From Actinomycetes bacterium (GTDB lineage: Bacteria; Actinomycetota; Acidimicrobiia; Acidimicrobiales; RAAP-2): a stretch of 64,000 bases of DNA. The stretch lies in the NCBI GenBank assembly GCA_021790675.1, contig JAJYGN010000063.1, positions 3,458-67,457 of the forward strand, written 5' to 3'. Each line of letters begins with the position of its first letter. The stretch's first letter is position 1. Positions 42,920-51,772 of this stretch are shown here, piece after piece. The notes beneath the pieces were generated by a model. That model saw only the letters and a program-made list of their open reading frames with translations. It was not told the origin of the DNA and did not search any database. The position numbers were made by a program, and so were the translations under genes.

Positions 42920-45900
42920 GTGACTGCCCCCTCCGAACCTTCCTCGTCGGCGCACAAGGGGTCCTTCGGGCCCAACGCGTGGCTGGTCGACGACATGTAT
43001 GACCGTTTCCTGCTCGACCCCGACTCGGTGTCGCCGAGCTGGCGCGAGTTCTTTGCCGACTACCAGCGCTCGACTGTGCCGACCGTGACCACCTCGGTGC
43101 TGGCCGCCCCCGCGGCCCCCGCGGCCCCCGCGCCAGCGAAGGTCGCTTCAGGAGAAGGCGCTGTGGCCCTTCGCGGCGCCTCGGCGCGCATCGTGACCAA
43201 CATGGTCGCGAGCCTGGGCGTGCCCACCGCGACGAGCGTGCGCACCGTCGCCGCTCGCCTGCTCGAAATCAATCGCACCGCGCTCAACGAGAACCTGGCG
43301 CGCAGCAGCGGCGCGAAGGTCTCCTTCACCCACTTCATCGCCTACGCGGTCGTCAAGGGCCTCGGCGCAGTGCCCTCGATGAACTCGACCTTTGTCGAAG
43401 CCGTCGACGCCAAGGGCACGCCCGGCGTGGTCCATCACGAGCACATCGGCCTCGGGCTCGCGGTCGACGTCGAGCGGGCCGACGGCACGCGCAATTTGCT
43501 GGTGCCGGTCATTCGCGACGCGGACACCCTGGATTTTCGTGGATTTCTTCTCGCGTACGAAGACCTCGTGCGCAAGGTCCACGCGGGCACCTTCGGCGCA
43601 GACGACTTCGTCGGGGCGACCGTTTCCCTGACCAATCCCGGGACCCTCGGCACCGTCCAGTCCGTGCCGCGACTCATGCCCGGCCAGGGCGCGATCATCG
43701 GAGTGGGAGCCCTCGCCTGGCCGGCTGGCTTCGAGGCGGCGGATCCGCGCACCCTCGCCGAGATAGGCGTCGGCAAGGTCATGTCGCTCACGTCGACCTA
43801 CGACCATCGGATCATCCAGGGCGCGGAGTCGGGGCTGTTTCTCAAGTACGTTGCCGAGTGTCTCACGGGCGGACACGCCTTCTACGAGGAGATTTTCTCG
43901 TCCCTGGGAGTTCCCTACGAGCCCGCGCACTGGGCCAACGACCGCAACCCGGGTCACGAGGACAACGACGAGCGCACGCTCAAGCACATCCGGGTCCAGG
44001 AGCTCATCAATATGTATCGGGTGCGCGGGCACCTCTACGCGCACCTCGACCCCCTGCACGCCGACCCGCCGCCGCTGCACCCCGAGCTCGAGATCGACGC
44101 CTACGGGCTGACGATATGGGACCTGCAGCGCTCCTTCGTCGTCGCCGGCCTCGCCGGCAAGCGCGAGGCCACCTTGGCCGAGATCCTGTCGATCCTGCGC
44201 GACGCCTATTGCCGCACGATCGGTATCGAGTACGGCCACATCATGGACCCCGCCCAGAAGCGCTGGATCCAAGAGCGTGTCGAGGGAGTGCGCGTGACGA
44301 CGACGCGTGACCAGCAGCACCGGATCCTGCGCGCGCTCAACGAGGCCGAGGTCTTTGAGCGCTTCCTGCATTCGCGCTACGTGGGCCAGAAGCGCTTCGG
44401 CCTCGAAGGCGGCGAGTCGACGATCGTGGCCCTGCACACCATTCTCGACGCCGCGGCCGAAGAGGGCCTCAGCGAGGCCGTCATCGGCATGGCGCATCGC
44501 GGCCGGCTCAACGTGCTGGCCAACGTCGTGGGCAAGTCCTACAGCGACATCTTCTCCGAGTTTGAAGGCAATCTGGATCCCGAGAGCGTCCAGGGCAGCG
44601 GCGACGTGAAATATCACAAGGGCGCGCGCGGCGCCTACGTCAGTTCCTCGGGCGCGGAGATCGCCGTGTCGATGGCCTCGAACCCGTCGCACCTCGAGGC
44701 GGTCAGTCCCGTGGTCGAGGGCGTGGTGCGCGCCAAGCAAGACCTCGTTCTCACCCCGGACGACGGCTCGAGCTCGGCGATGCCCTCGGGGCGCTTCCCC
44801 TACCTGCCGATCCTGATTCACGGCGACGCGGCCTTCGCGGGCCAGGGCGTGGTCGCTGAGACCCTCAACCTCTCGCAGCTCTCGGGCTATCGGGTTGGCG
44901 GGGCGATCCACATCGTCATCAATAATCAGGTGGGGTTCACGACCGCTCCGGACTCGGCGCGGTCGAGCTTCTATCCCACTGACGTCGCCAAGATGATCCA
45001 GGCTCCGATCTTCCACGTCAACGGCGACGATCCCGAGGCCTGCGCGCGCGCGGCCCAGCTGGCCTTCGATTACCGCGAGACGTTCCGGCGCGACGTCGTT
45101 CTCGACATTGTCTGCTACCGCCGTCACGGCCACAACGAAGGTGACGACCCGAGCTACACCCAGCCCTTGATGTACAAGATCATCGACCAGATGCGCTCGG
45201 TGCGAAAGATCTACACCGAGACCCTGGTGCGTCGGGGCGATATCTCCCTCGAAGAGGCCGAGGCCGCCCTCGACGCGTTCAACGCCCGCCTCCAGAGCGT
45301 GCTCGACGAGGTGCGCACCGTCCCGGTGCCGACACTCTCGGGTGTGCCCGTGGCCGAGGTGCCGGCCGACGTTGCGGCGCCCGCGACGGGCGTCGCGCGC
45401 GACGTGCTGCTCGACGTGGCGCGCGCCACGATGACGGCTCCCGCGGGCTTCGTGATCCACCCCAAGCTCGAGCGCCAGTTCACCCAGCGCGCCAACGCCC
45501 TCGAGGCCGGCGAGGTCGACTGGGCCCTGGGCGAGGCGCTGGCCTTCGGCACGCTCGTGATGGAGGGCACCAACGTGCGACTCATGGGTCAGGACTCGCG
45601 GCGCGGGACGTTCTCGCACCGCCACGCGGCACTCTTTGACTACGACAATGGCTCCACCTTCGTGCCCCTGTCGCACCTCGAGGGGGCGACGGGCTTCTTT
45701 ACAGTGCGTGACTCCCTGTTGAGTGAGTACGCCGCCCTCGGCTTCGAGTACGGCTACTCGGTCGAGGCCACCAACACCCTGGTGGCCTGGGAGGCGCAGT
45801 TCGGCGACTTCGTCAACGGCAGCGAGATCATTATTGACAACTTCCTGGTGGCCGCCGAGGACAAGTGGGGCCAGCAGTCGAGTCTGGTGATGCTCTTGCC

Positions 45901-46534
45901 CCACGGCTACGAGGGCCAGGGCCCCGAGCACTCCAGCGGACGACTCGAGCGGTTCTTGTCGCTGTGCGCGCGCAACAATCTGCGCGTGGCCCAGCCCACG
46001 AGCGCCGCGCAGTACTTCCACCTCCTGCGCAGCCAGGTCCGTCGCGAGCACGTCACACCGCTGATCGTCTTCACGCCCAAGTCGATGCTGCGCGCCGCGG
46101 CGGTGCGCTCGCCGCTGGCTGACTTCGAGTCGGGCCGCTTCGAGCGGGTCCTCGACGACCCCGCGGTCGAACGCGCCGCGGTCACGCGTGTCGTCCTCGC
46201 GACGGGCAAGATCGCCCACGAGGCGATTCTCCGTCGTGACGAGGTCGGCGCCCACCACGTGGCGATCGTGCGAGTCGAGCAGATCTACCCCTGGCCCCAC
46301 GACGACCTCGACGCGGTGTTCGCGTCCTACCCGGCGTTAGAGGAAGTGGTCTGGCTCCAGGAGGAGCCGACCAACATGGGTGCCTGGCCCTTCGTGCACC
46401 ACCAGGTCCACGCGCAGCTGCGCGACATGACGGTGCGCCACGTAGCGCGCGCGGAGTCGGCCAGCCCAGCAACGGGCAGCTCCTTGGTGCACGCGGCCGA
46501 ACAGGCCGACCTGCTGGCCCGGGCGATTCTCTAA
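42920..46534 (+). CDS. kgd: Multifunctional 2-oxoglutarate decarboxylase/dehydrogenase (E2-E1 fusion)
   Basis: FGPNAWLV, acyltransferase domain (TYDHRIIQGAESG), KRFGLEG, GMAHRGRLN, HGDAAFAGQG, WEAQFGDF. Confidence 0.96.
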   Translation: MTAPSEPSSSAHKGSFGPNAWLVDDMYDRFLLDPDSVSPSWREFFADYQRSTVPTVTTSVLAAPAAPAAPAPAKVASGEGAVALRGASARIVTNMVASLGVPTATSVRTVAARLLEINRTALNENLARSSGAKVSFTHFIAYAVVKGLGAVPSMNSTFVEAVDAKGTPGVVHHEHIGLGLAVDVERADGTRNLLVPVIRDADTLDFRGFLLAYEDLVRKVHAGTFGADDFVGATVSLTNPGTLGTVQSVPRLMPGQGAIIGVGALAWPAGFEAADPRTLAEIGVGKVMSLTSTYDHRIIQGAESGLFLKYVAECLTGGHAFYEEIFSSLGVPYEPAHWANDRNPGHEDNDERTLKHIRVQELINMYRVRGHLYAHLDPLHADPPPLHPELEIDAYGLTIWDLQRSFVVAGLAGKREATLAEILSILRDAYCRTIGIEYGHIMDPAQKRWIQERVEGVRVTTTRDQQHRILRALNEAEVFERFLHSRYVGQKRFGLEGGESTIVALHTILDAAAEEGLSEAVIGMAHRGRLNVLANVVGKSYSDIFSEFEGNLDPESVQGSGDVKYHKGARGAYVSSSGAEIAVSMASNPSHLEAVSPVVEGVVRAKQDLVLTPDDGSSSAMPSGRFPYLPILIHGDAAFAGQGVVAETLNLSQLSGYRVGGAIHIVINNQVGFTTAPDSARSSFYPTDVAKMIQAPIFHVNGDDPEACARAAQLAFDYRETFRRDVVLDIVCYRRHGHNEGDDPSYTQPLMYKIIDQMRSVRKIYTETLVRRGDISLEEAEAALDAFNARLQSVLDEVRTVPVPTLSGVPVAEVPADVAAPATGVARDVLLDVARATMTAPAGFVIHPKLERQFTQRANALEAGEVDWALGEALAFGTLVMEGTNVRLMGQDSRRGTFSHRHAALFDYDNGSTFVPLSHLEGATGFFTVRDSLLSEYAALGFEYGYSVEATNTLVAWEAQFGDFVNGSEIIIDNFLVAAEDKWGQQSSLVMLLPHGYEGQGPEHSSGRLERFLSLCARNNLRVAQPTSAAQYFHLLRSQVRREHVTPLIVFTPKSMLRAAAVRSPLADFESGRFERVLDDPAVERAAVTRVVLATGKIAHEAILRRDEVGAHHVAIVRVEQIYPWPHDDLDAVFASYPALEEVVWLQEEPTNMGAWPFVHHQVHAQLRDMTVRHVARAESASPATGSSLVHAAEQADLLARAIL

Positions 46535-47652
46535 TGGCGACGCGCACGCGCCCGAGGGTCGTGGTCGACGGCTCGAACCTGGCGACCGAGGGCCGAACCC
46601 TGCCCAGCCTGGCCCAGCTCGACGACGCGCTGGCCGCCTTCATCGACGAGAACCCGACCGCCGAGATCATCGTCGTGACTGACGCGAGCTTCTCGCACCG
46701 CGTCGAGGTGAGCGAGCGCTCGCGCTTCAAGGAGCTCGAGCTGGCCGGACGCATCGTGACCCCGCCGGCCGGTGCGATCGGCCGCGGCGACGCGTTCATC
46801 TTGAAGATCGCAGACCGGATCAACGCCGTCGTCTTGAGCAACGACTCCTTCCAGGAGTTCCACGACGAGTACCCCTGGCTCTTCGACGTGGGCCGGCTCA
46901 TCGGCGGCAAGCCGGTGCCGATGGTCGGATGGGTGTTCACGCCGCGTCTACCGGTGCGCAACGTCAAGAAGCCCCGCGCGGTGAAGAAGCTGGCCGTCGA
47001 ACTGCCTGGCGGCGCCCAGCCCACCATCGGCACGACGCTCACCCCGGTAAAGAAGGCCACGAAGCGCGCGGCGAAAGCCCCGGCCAAGGTCGCCAAGAAG
47101 GCGACCAAGGCCCTCAAGGCCGACAAGGTGGAGAAGGCCCCGGAGAAGGCCCCCACCGCCAAGGCCTCCGCGGCCAGGGCCCCCGTTGAAAAGGCCCCGG
47201 TCGAGAAGGCCCCGGCCGACAAGACGGGTCGTGTCACCAAGAAGGCGCCCGCGCGCCCGGCCAAGCGGGCCGTCAAGGCCGTCCCGGCCGAACGGGAAGC
47301 CCCGGTCGCACCGGCCGACGGCCAGGAGTCGCTCGAGAAGCCCACGGCGACCCCCGTCCTGCGACGCGGGCGTCAGCCGGTCAATCCCGAGGCGAGCTTC
47401 GCTCAGTTCCGCGCCGCCCACAAGGTCGGTACCCGTGTAGAAGGTGACGTGACCGCCTTCACCTCCCACGGGGCCGTCATCCGCGTGGCGACCAAGGGCG
47501 GCGGCTTCGTCGAGTGCTACGCGCCGACCACCCTGCTCGGCTCGCCGGCACCGGCGCGGGCGCGCGACGTGCTTTCGCGAGGCGATCGCGTGAGTTTTCG
47601 CCTCGTGACCGTCGACGACGAGCGCCGGATCGCGGAGTTGTCGCTCCTATGA
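46534..47652 (+). CDS. Zc3h12a/Regnase-like NYN RNase + Lys/Ala/Pro-rich linker + C-terminal S1 domain
   Basis: VVVDGSN, VVTDA, GDAFIL, VLSNDSF acidic motifs; C-terminal KVGTRVEGDV..F.SHGA.....ARDVLSRGDRV.F..V.VD..RR.AEL S1 pattern. Confidence 0.8.
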   Translation: MATRTRPRVVVDGSNLATEGRTLPSLAQLDDALAAFIDENPTAEIIVVTDASFSHRVEVSERSRFKELELAGRIVTPPAGAIGRGDAFILKIADRINAVVLSNDSFQEFHDEYPWLFDVGRLIGGKPVPMVGWVFTPRLPVRNVKKPRAVKKLAVELPGGAQPTIGTTLTPVKKATKRAAKAPAKVAKKATKALKADKVEKAPEKAPTAKASAARAPVEKAPVEKAPADKTGRVTKKAPARPAKRAVKAVPAEREAPVAPADGQESLEKPTATPVLRRGRQPVNPEASFAQFRAAHKVGTRVEGDVTAFTSHGAVIRVATKGGGFVECYAPTTLLGSPAPARARDVLSRGDRVSFRLVTVDDERRIAELSLL

Positions 47653-48077
47653 GCCTGTCGATGAACCCCGCGTTCTGGCTGCCGCACCGTCCGCCCTTTC
47701 TTTTGCTTGACGAGATGATCACCATCGAGCCGGGTCATCGCGCGAGTGCCCGATGGCGTCTCACCGGCGAGGAGTGGTTCTTCGCGGGTCACTTCCCGGG
47801 CCGGCCCACTACGCCGGGGGTGCTGATGCTCGAGTCCATCGCCCAGTGCGGCGCGGTCGCGGTGCTCTCCGACGAGCACTACGCGGGACGACTGCCGCTC
47901 TTTGGGGGCGTGGAGCGCGCGCGTTTCCGTCGACAGGTGCTGCCCGGTGACACGCTGGTGCTCGAGTGCGAGATGACGCGGCTCTCCGCGCGCGGTGGCA
48001 AGGGCCACGGCACGGCCACGCGTGACGGCGAGCTGTGCGTCGAGGCCGACATCATGTTCGTCCTCGCTGACGCCTGA
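47649..48077 (+). CDS. fabZ: 3-hydroxyacyl-ACP dehydratase
   Basis: LPHRPPFLLLD, FFAGHFP, PGVLMLE, RFRRQVLPGD. Confidence 0.92.
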   Translation: MSLSMNPAFWLPHRPPFLLLDEMITIEPGHRASARWRLTGEEWFFAGHFPGRPTTPGVLMLESIAQCGAVAVLSDEHYAGRLPLFGGVERARFRRQVLPGDTLVLECEMTRLSARGGKGHGTATRDGELCVEADIMFVLADA

Positions 48078-48093
48078 TGTCGGTGGGGGCCTC

Positions 48094-48846
48094 GTGAAAG
48101 TCGTTACGTGGAACGTCAATTCGCTCACCGCGCGCTACGCGCGCGTCACCGAGTGGATCACGGCGAACGCCCCGGACGTGGTGTTGCTCCAAGAGACCAA
48201 GATGACCGACGCGAAGTTCCCGACCGCGGGATTCGCCGAACTGGGCTACGAGTCCGCCCACTACGGCCAGGGCCAGTGGAACGGCGTCGCGGTGCTCTCG
48301 CGTGTGGGCCTGGAGGACGTGTCGCGCGGATTCGGTGACGAGGACCCCGAAGCGCGCCTGATCGGCGCGACGTGCGGGGGCGTGCGCGTCTACTCGTGCT
48401 ACGTGCCCAACGGGCGCGCCCTGGACAACGACCACTACGCCTACAAGCTGCGCTGGCTGGCGGCGCTCGCCGCGCTGCTCGCCGAGAGGACCCAACCCAC
48501 TATCGCTGGCGGCGACTTCAACGTGACCCCGACGGACCTGGACTGCTACGACCCGGCCGCCTTCGTGGGAGCGACCCACGTCTCGGCGCCCGAGCGCGCG
48601 GCCCTGGCCGCCATCGAGGCGACGGGTCTGGTCGACATCACGCGCCGTCTGCACCCCGAGGAGACCATCTACTCCTGGTGGGACTATCGCAACGGGGCCT
48701 TCCACCGGGGCTGGGGGCTGCGCATCGACCTGCTCTACCTGGATGAGTCGCTGGCCGCGCGCGCGAGCGCCAGCTACGTGGACCGCAACGCGCGCAAGGG
48801 CGAGAAGCCCTCGGACCACGCCCCGGTCGTCGTCGAGATCGACTAG
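48094..48846 (+). CDS. xth: Exodeoxyribonuclease III
   Basis: TWNVNS, LQETK, YVPNG, GDFNV, SWWDYR, GLRID, SDHAP. Confidence 0.95.
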   Translation: MKVVTWNVNSLTARYARVTEWITANAPDVVLLQETKMTDAKFPTAGFAELGYESAHYGQGQWNGVAVLSRVGLEDVSRGFGDEDPEARLIGATCGGVRVYSCYVPNGRALDNDHYAYKLRWLAALAALLAERTQPTIAGGDFNVTPTDLDCYDPAAFVGATHVSAPERAALAAIEATGLVDITRRLHPEETIYSWWDYRNGAFHRGWGLRIDLLYLDESLAARASASYVDRNARKGEKPSDHAPVVVEID

Positions 48847-50381
48847 AACGCGACCGGCAAGCGCGCTTCGATGACGGTGGGCCCGGACGTCGCGTAGGAG
48901 CGTTCCAGCGCGTCGCACAGTTCGTGGGCCGTCGTCACCGTGGTCGCGGTGACGCCCAGGGAGCGTGCGAGTCCCGCGAGGTCCAAACGGGGATCGCCCA
49001 GGTCGAAGAGCCGCTCGCTCACCGCGTCGGCGCCGACCGCACCGACGCGGCGTCGCTCGAGGTCGAGGATCGCGTAGCGCCCGTTGGCGAGAGCCACCAC
49101 CGTCACGTCGAGGCGCTCGCGCGCCATCGTCCACAGCGCCTGGGGGGTGTAGAGCATGGAGCCGTCACTCTCGAGGGCGAGCACGCGCGTCCCGCTGGCC
49201 ACCGCGGCGCCGACGGCCACCGGGAGCCCGTAGCCGATCGCCCCGCCGGTCAGCGTCATCCAGCGATGCCGTGGCGCGAAGCGGCAGGCCCCGAAGAGGT
49301 GCACGCCGCTCGTGTTGGACTCGTCGGCGACGACGACGCCCGCGGGCAGCGTGGCGGCCACGGCCGTTGCGAAGCTCTGGGCGTTGAGGTCTCCGTAGGG
49401 GCGCGCCGGAGGTTCGCCCACCGGGACCTCGATGGGCGCGGCGCCCGTTGCCGCGGCGAGGGCCGCGAGCGGGCCGGCGACGTCGCCGCCGGGGCCGACC
49501 AGCGTGATCACCTCGCAGTCGTCGCGTGTCAGGCGACTCGCCACGTCGGGGTAGGCGAAGAATCCGACCGGCGCGGGCGCGCCGACGAGTACGAGGGAGT
49601 CGATCTCAGCAAACTGGTGCAGGGCGAACTCGCTCAGGTAGATGATCCGCTCGGGATCCACGACGCCGGCGCCGCGCTCGACGATCGCTGGGAAGGTCTC
49701 CATCATCAGGCGCGCGCCGCTCGCGGCACAGATCTGACCCGCAAGCTTGAGCGCGGTCGCGTCGAGGCGCCCCCCGAGGAGGATTGCGCTGCGCGGCCCG
49801 AGAGCGCGAACGCAGCGCGCCAGTGCGTCGGCGTCGACGCCGGGTGCCATCGGGGGAGCGGCGAGAGGCGCGGGACCGGGCTGGACCTCGCTCCAGGAGG
49901 CGTCGGCCGCCAGCACCAGGGTGGCCACGCGCCCGGGCGGGCCGACGGCCGCGGTGATCGCGGCCGCGGCATCGCGCGCCACGTCGTCGGCGCGCTCGCT
50001 GCGCGTGAACCAGCCCTCCAGGGCCGAGGCCACCGCGGCGATGTCGCTCTGGAGCGGTGCGTCGAGGGAGGCGTGATAGGTGGCGTGGTCGCCCACGATG
50101 TTCACCACGGGCGAGTGCGCGCGTCTCGCATTGTGCAGGTTGGCCCAGCCATTCGCTAGTCCTGGACCGAGGTGTAGCAGCGTCGCCGCGGGTCGGCCGC
50201 TGACGCGCGCATAGCCGTCGGCGGCGCCGGTGGCCACCCCCTCGAAGAGGCACAGGACCGCGCGCACGTCGGCGTCGTCGAGTCCCGCGACGAAGTGCAT
50301 CTCCGAGGTGCCGGGGTTGGCGAAGACCACGTTTACGCCGTTGGCCGCGAGCGTCGCGAGCAGCGCGCCGGCGCCGTTCAC
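48843..50381 (-). CDS. ThDP-dependent acetolactate synthase large-subunit-like protein
   Basis: FANPGTSEMH, LFEGVATGAADGY, LTGGAIG, ESDGS..N. Confidence 0.88.
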   Translation of the reverse strand: MNGAGALLATLAANGVNVVFANPGTSEMHFVAGLDDADVRAVLCLFEGVATGAADGYARVSGRPAATLLHLGPGLANGWANLHNARRAHSPVVNIVGDHATYHASLDAPLQSDIAAVASALEGWFTRSERADDVARDAAAAITAAVGPPGRVATLVLAADASWSEVQPGPAPLAAPPMAPGVDADALARCVRALGPRSAILLGGRLDATALKLAGQICAASGARLMMETFPAIVERGAGVVDPERIIYLSEFALHQFAEIDSLVLVGAPAPVGFFAYPDVASRLTRDDCEVITLVGPGGDVAGPLAALAAATGAAPIEVPVGEPPARPYGDLNAQSFATAVAATLPAGVVVADESNTSGVHLFGACRFAPRHRWMTLTGGAIGYGLPVAVGAAVASGTRVLALESDGSMLYTPQALWTMARERLDVTVVALANGRYAILDLERRRVGAVGADAVSERLFDLGDPRLDLAGLARSLGVTATTVTTAHELCDALERSYATSGPTVIEARLPVAF

Positions 50382-51772
50382 GGCAGCGGTCGTTCGTCGA
50401 GGTGGCGGTAAGGGTTGAGCAGGTGGCGCGGGTCGAAGGCGTCCTTCACGCGGCGCTGCAGGTCGAGTAGCGCCGGGTCGGTCAGTGCGCGGTAGTGGCC
50501 GGCCTTGTCCCGGCCTAGGCCGTGCTCACCCGAGATCTGACCACCCAGGTCGAGGCCGAGCGCGAAGAGGTCGCGTACCAGCTGAAAGCGTGCGTCGTCG
50601 TCGGCCAAGTACACCGAGAGGTGCACGTTGCCGTCACCCACGTGGCCGCAGCCGGGTATGAAGGCGCCGTAGCTCTCGGCGAGGACGGCGACCTCGCCGA
50701 GGAGCGTCGTGACCTTCGAGCGGGGCACGACGACGTCGAGAATCTCGTTGGCCCCCGCCGCCTTGGAGACCCAAAAGACGCGTTCTCGCGCCTCGATCAG
50801 GCGCGCGGCGGCACCCTCGGCGAGCACGTAGACCTCGAGGGCTCCGGCGCCGTCGAGTTGGGCCGCGAGATCGGCGACGTCGCGCTCGAGCTGCTCGCCG
50901 GTGCGCGTCTCGAGCACGACGACGAGGTAGGCGGCGCACTTTGCGGCGACCTCGGCGCTGACCCCGAGGTCTAGGCCCGTCGCCCCGGTGATCGCTCCCA
51001 TCGTGATGAGATCGATGTACTCGAGCATCGACGGCTGCAGCCCGGCGGCGACGATGCGCGGCACTACCGCTGTCACGGCGTCGAGGTCGGCGAAAGGGAC
51101 GAGCAGGGTCGCGCCGTGGGCGAGGCGCGGTGAAAGCGCCAGGGTGACCTCGGTGACGAGGGCCAAGGTGCCCTCGCTGCCGATGATGAGCTGGGTCAGG
51201 TCGTAGCCCGAGGAGTTCTTCACCACCGGCGCGCCGGTGCGCAGGACCGTTCCGTCGGCCAGGACGACCTCGAGTCCGAGGACGTGACGGCGCGTCACCC
51301 CGTGGCGCACCGCGCGCATCCCACCGGCGTTGGTGTTGACGTTGCCGCCGAGAGAGCCCGAGAGCTCACCCGGATGTACCGGATAGCGCAGTCCGCTCCC
51401 GGCGAGGGCGTCGTTGAGCTCGCGCAAGGTGATGCCGGGTTGCACGACCGCGACGTGGTCGTCGAGGTCGAGAGAGACGACGTGATTCATCTGGTCGAAA
51501 CAGACCACGAGGCCGCCGGTCACGGGAGTCGCCCCGCCGGAGAGTCCGGTGCCCGAGCCGCGCGCGGTGATTGGCAGGTTGTGTCGGCTGCACAGCGCGC
51601 ACAGCTCGGCGACCTGCGCGGTACTGGTGGGTCGCACCACCGCGAGGGGATCACTGGGAACCGGGTGGAGCGACTCGTCGTGCAGGTCGTCGGGACGGTG
51701 GGTCGGTGAGAAGGTGGCCTGGGACTCGTCGACGATGTCGAGCAGCTCAGCGCGAAGCGTCGTGACGTCCAT
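50378..51772 (-). CDS. FAD-linked oxidase (GlcD/D-lactate dehydrogenase family)
   Basis: ARGSGTGLSGG, TNAGG, GSEGTL, GHVGDGNVH, SGEHGLG. Confidence 0.9.
   Translation of the reverse strand: MDVTTLRAELLDIVDESQATFSPTHRPDDLHDESLHPVPSDPLAVVRPTSTAQVAELCALCSRHNLPITARGSGTGLSGGATPVTGGLVVCFDQMNHVVSLDLDDHVAVVQPGITLRELNDALAGSGLRYPVHPGELSGSLGGNVNTNAGGMRAVRHGVTRRHVLGLEVVLADGTVLRTGAPVVKNSSGYDLTQLIIGSEGTLALVTEVTLALSPRLAHGATLLVPFADLDAVTAVVPRIVAAGLQPSMLEYIDLITMGAITGATGLDLGVSAEVAAKCAAYLVVVLETRTGEQLERDVADLAAQLDGAGALEVYVLAEGAAARLIEARERVFWVSKAAGANEILDVVVPRSKVTTLLGEVAVLAESYGAFIPGCGHVGDGNVHLSVYLADDDARFQLVRDLFALGLDLGGQISGEHGLGRDKAGHYRALTDPALLDLQRRVKDAFDPRHLLNPYRHLDERPLP

Noticed and set aside
43103-43135. Short GCGGCCCCC tandem repeat in kgd
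   Set aside because: Encodes the ordinary Ala/Pro linker
43148-46300. Long antisense/alternate-frame ORFs (also 10030-11721, 27260-28768, 62008-63204)
   Set aside because: Shadow ORFs of real genes in high-GC DNA; no recognisable motifs
48078-48099. TGTCGGTG just upstream of xth as a PafBC promoter
   Set aside because: The -10 position would fall on the start codon (GTGAAA) and does not match
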